Of a stretch of DNA of 64,000 nucleotides, positions 63,185 through 64,000 are shown in pieces. Source of the stretch: Chloropicon primus (taxonomy: Eukaryota); the NCBI GenBank assembly GCA_023205875.1, contig CP060754.1, positions 186,001 to 250,000 of the forward strand, given 5' to 3'. Numbering within the stretch: position 1 is the first letter of the stretch; every line of letters begins with the position of its first letter. The notes below the pieces were generated by a model that worked only from the letters and a program-made list of their open reading frames with translations, did no database searches and was not told the origin of the DNA. Made by a program: the position numbers and the translations under genes.

Positions 63185-64000
63185 CTAGTTCAGGTTGAGG
63201 CTCCTGCAGTCGTCCGCGATCAGTGGAGTCGGCTGGTCCACGTCCGTGCACAGGGCCGAGGTCAGCACTTCTTGGGCCGGTGCGGAGTACATGTTTCTCA
63301 TCCACGTCAGGCTGTGCTTTGGGTTAATGATGAGCCCCGAGTAGGTTGGGTGGAGGGCGAAGATGATGTCCTCCAAGAGGACGTCAGCCTCCGGGTACCT
63401 CGCCTCGAACCAGTCGTCCCCGGCGGGGCTATTGTCGTTGATTCTGCGGTCCGATCTCCACAGGGCCTTGTCCTGGATAAACTTGAACTTCGACTCGTCG
63501 GTGATGTTGTAGGCCTCGACGATCTTCTCCGCGGTGATGTTCTGCATGTAGGTCTCGTCGATCACCACGTCCGCCTGCTCCAAGAGGGCGTGGAAGCCCT
63601 CGGGGTCGCTCAGGTTGAAGACGTAGCCGTTGCTGGCAGTCAGCCCATCCACGGCGGAGGTTTCGATCAGGGGGGTGGCGCCGGCGTCCTTGATGTACTC
63701 GCTCCAGTACGCAGAGTCCGAGACCTTGAAGTAGCCATCCGATTTCATGGTCGGGCCATAGTCGTAGGGGAAGCTCTTTTGCACGACGGCGACCTTGATC
63801 GGGTCGAAGTCCCGCGCGAAGACGCTCACCTTGGACTTGTGGCACTCGTACCTCTCCTTCACCTTGCCGAAGATGTCGTTCGCCGCGCACTCCTGGCCGA
63901 AGAACGGGGCGAAGAACTTGATCCACTCCGAAGTCCCGAGCATCGACCCGTCCTTCTGCTCGGCGGACACCGCGAACTGGATCGTCTCCGGGGCGATATC
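63185..64000 (-). CDS. Periplasmic-binding-protein-like protein, cobalamin acquisition protein CBA1-like (5' end beyond window)
   Basis: EWIKFFAPFFGQE..ANDIF..VKERYEC, IKDAGA, ADVVIDET and WRSDRR..GDDWFE...DVLLEDII. Confidence 0.72.
   Translation of the reverse strand, partial: DIAPETIQFAVSAEQKDGSMLGTSEWIKFFAPFFGQECAANDIFGKVKERYECHKSKVSVFARDFDPIKVAVVQKSFPYDYGPTMKSDGYFKVSDSAYWSEYIKDAGATPLIETSAVDGLTASNGYVFNLSDPEGFHALLEQADVVIDETYMQNITAEKIVEAYNITDESKFKFIQDKALWRSDRRINDNSPAGDDWFEARYPEADVLLEDIIFALHPTYSGLIINPKHSLTWMRNMYSAPAQEVLTSALCTDVDQPTPLIADDCRSLNLN

Overview
Eukaryotic, very gene-dense, GC-rich nuclear DNA with short GT-AG introns (branch points CTGAC/CTAAC/CTGAT), TGTAA polyadenylation signals, plastid-type transit peptides and a TTTAGGG telomere-type repeat. 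This indicates a compact chlorophyte genome; the style resembles picoplanktonic green algae such as Chloropicon (inference only). About 39 protein genes are supported. Housekeeping genes include RPL39, YJU2, RsfS, TrpG, NEMF, Pol eta, SMT1, SHMT, a DEAH helicase, COQ5 and GAE. Three genes are linked to axonemal dynein (IC97/DNAI7, IC2/DNAI2, DNAAF5). No tRNA, rRNA, CRISPR array or transposase is seen. Most notable: (1) several orphan secreted proteins with R-x-L-(L/Q) processing-like motifs, including a tandem pair that both end in a C-terminal Gly and lie behind a 10-bp-phased TGAC/GTCA palindrome array; (2) an intronless secreted FN2-like/LTD/CotH-kinase/LTD protein; (3) a PHD finger-class II HDAC fusion; (4) an EGF-GT29 fusion; (5) a secreted-protein gene flanked by a direct duplication of an acyltransferase 5' end; (6) tandem tail-anchored paralogs sharing a 285-bp identical block that includes an intron. 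All gene models and family calls come from reading motifs by eye; no searches were run.
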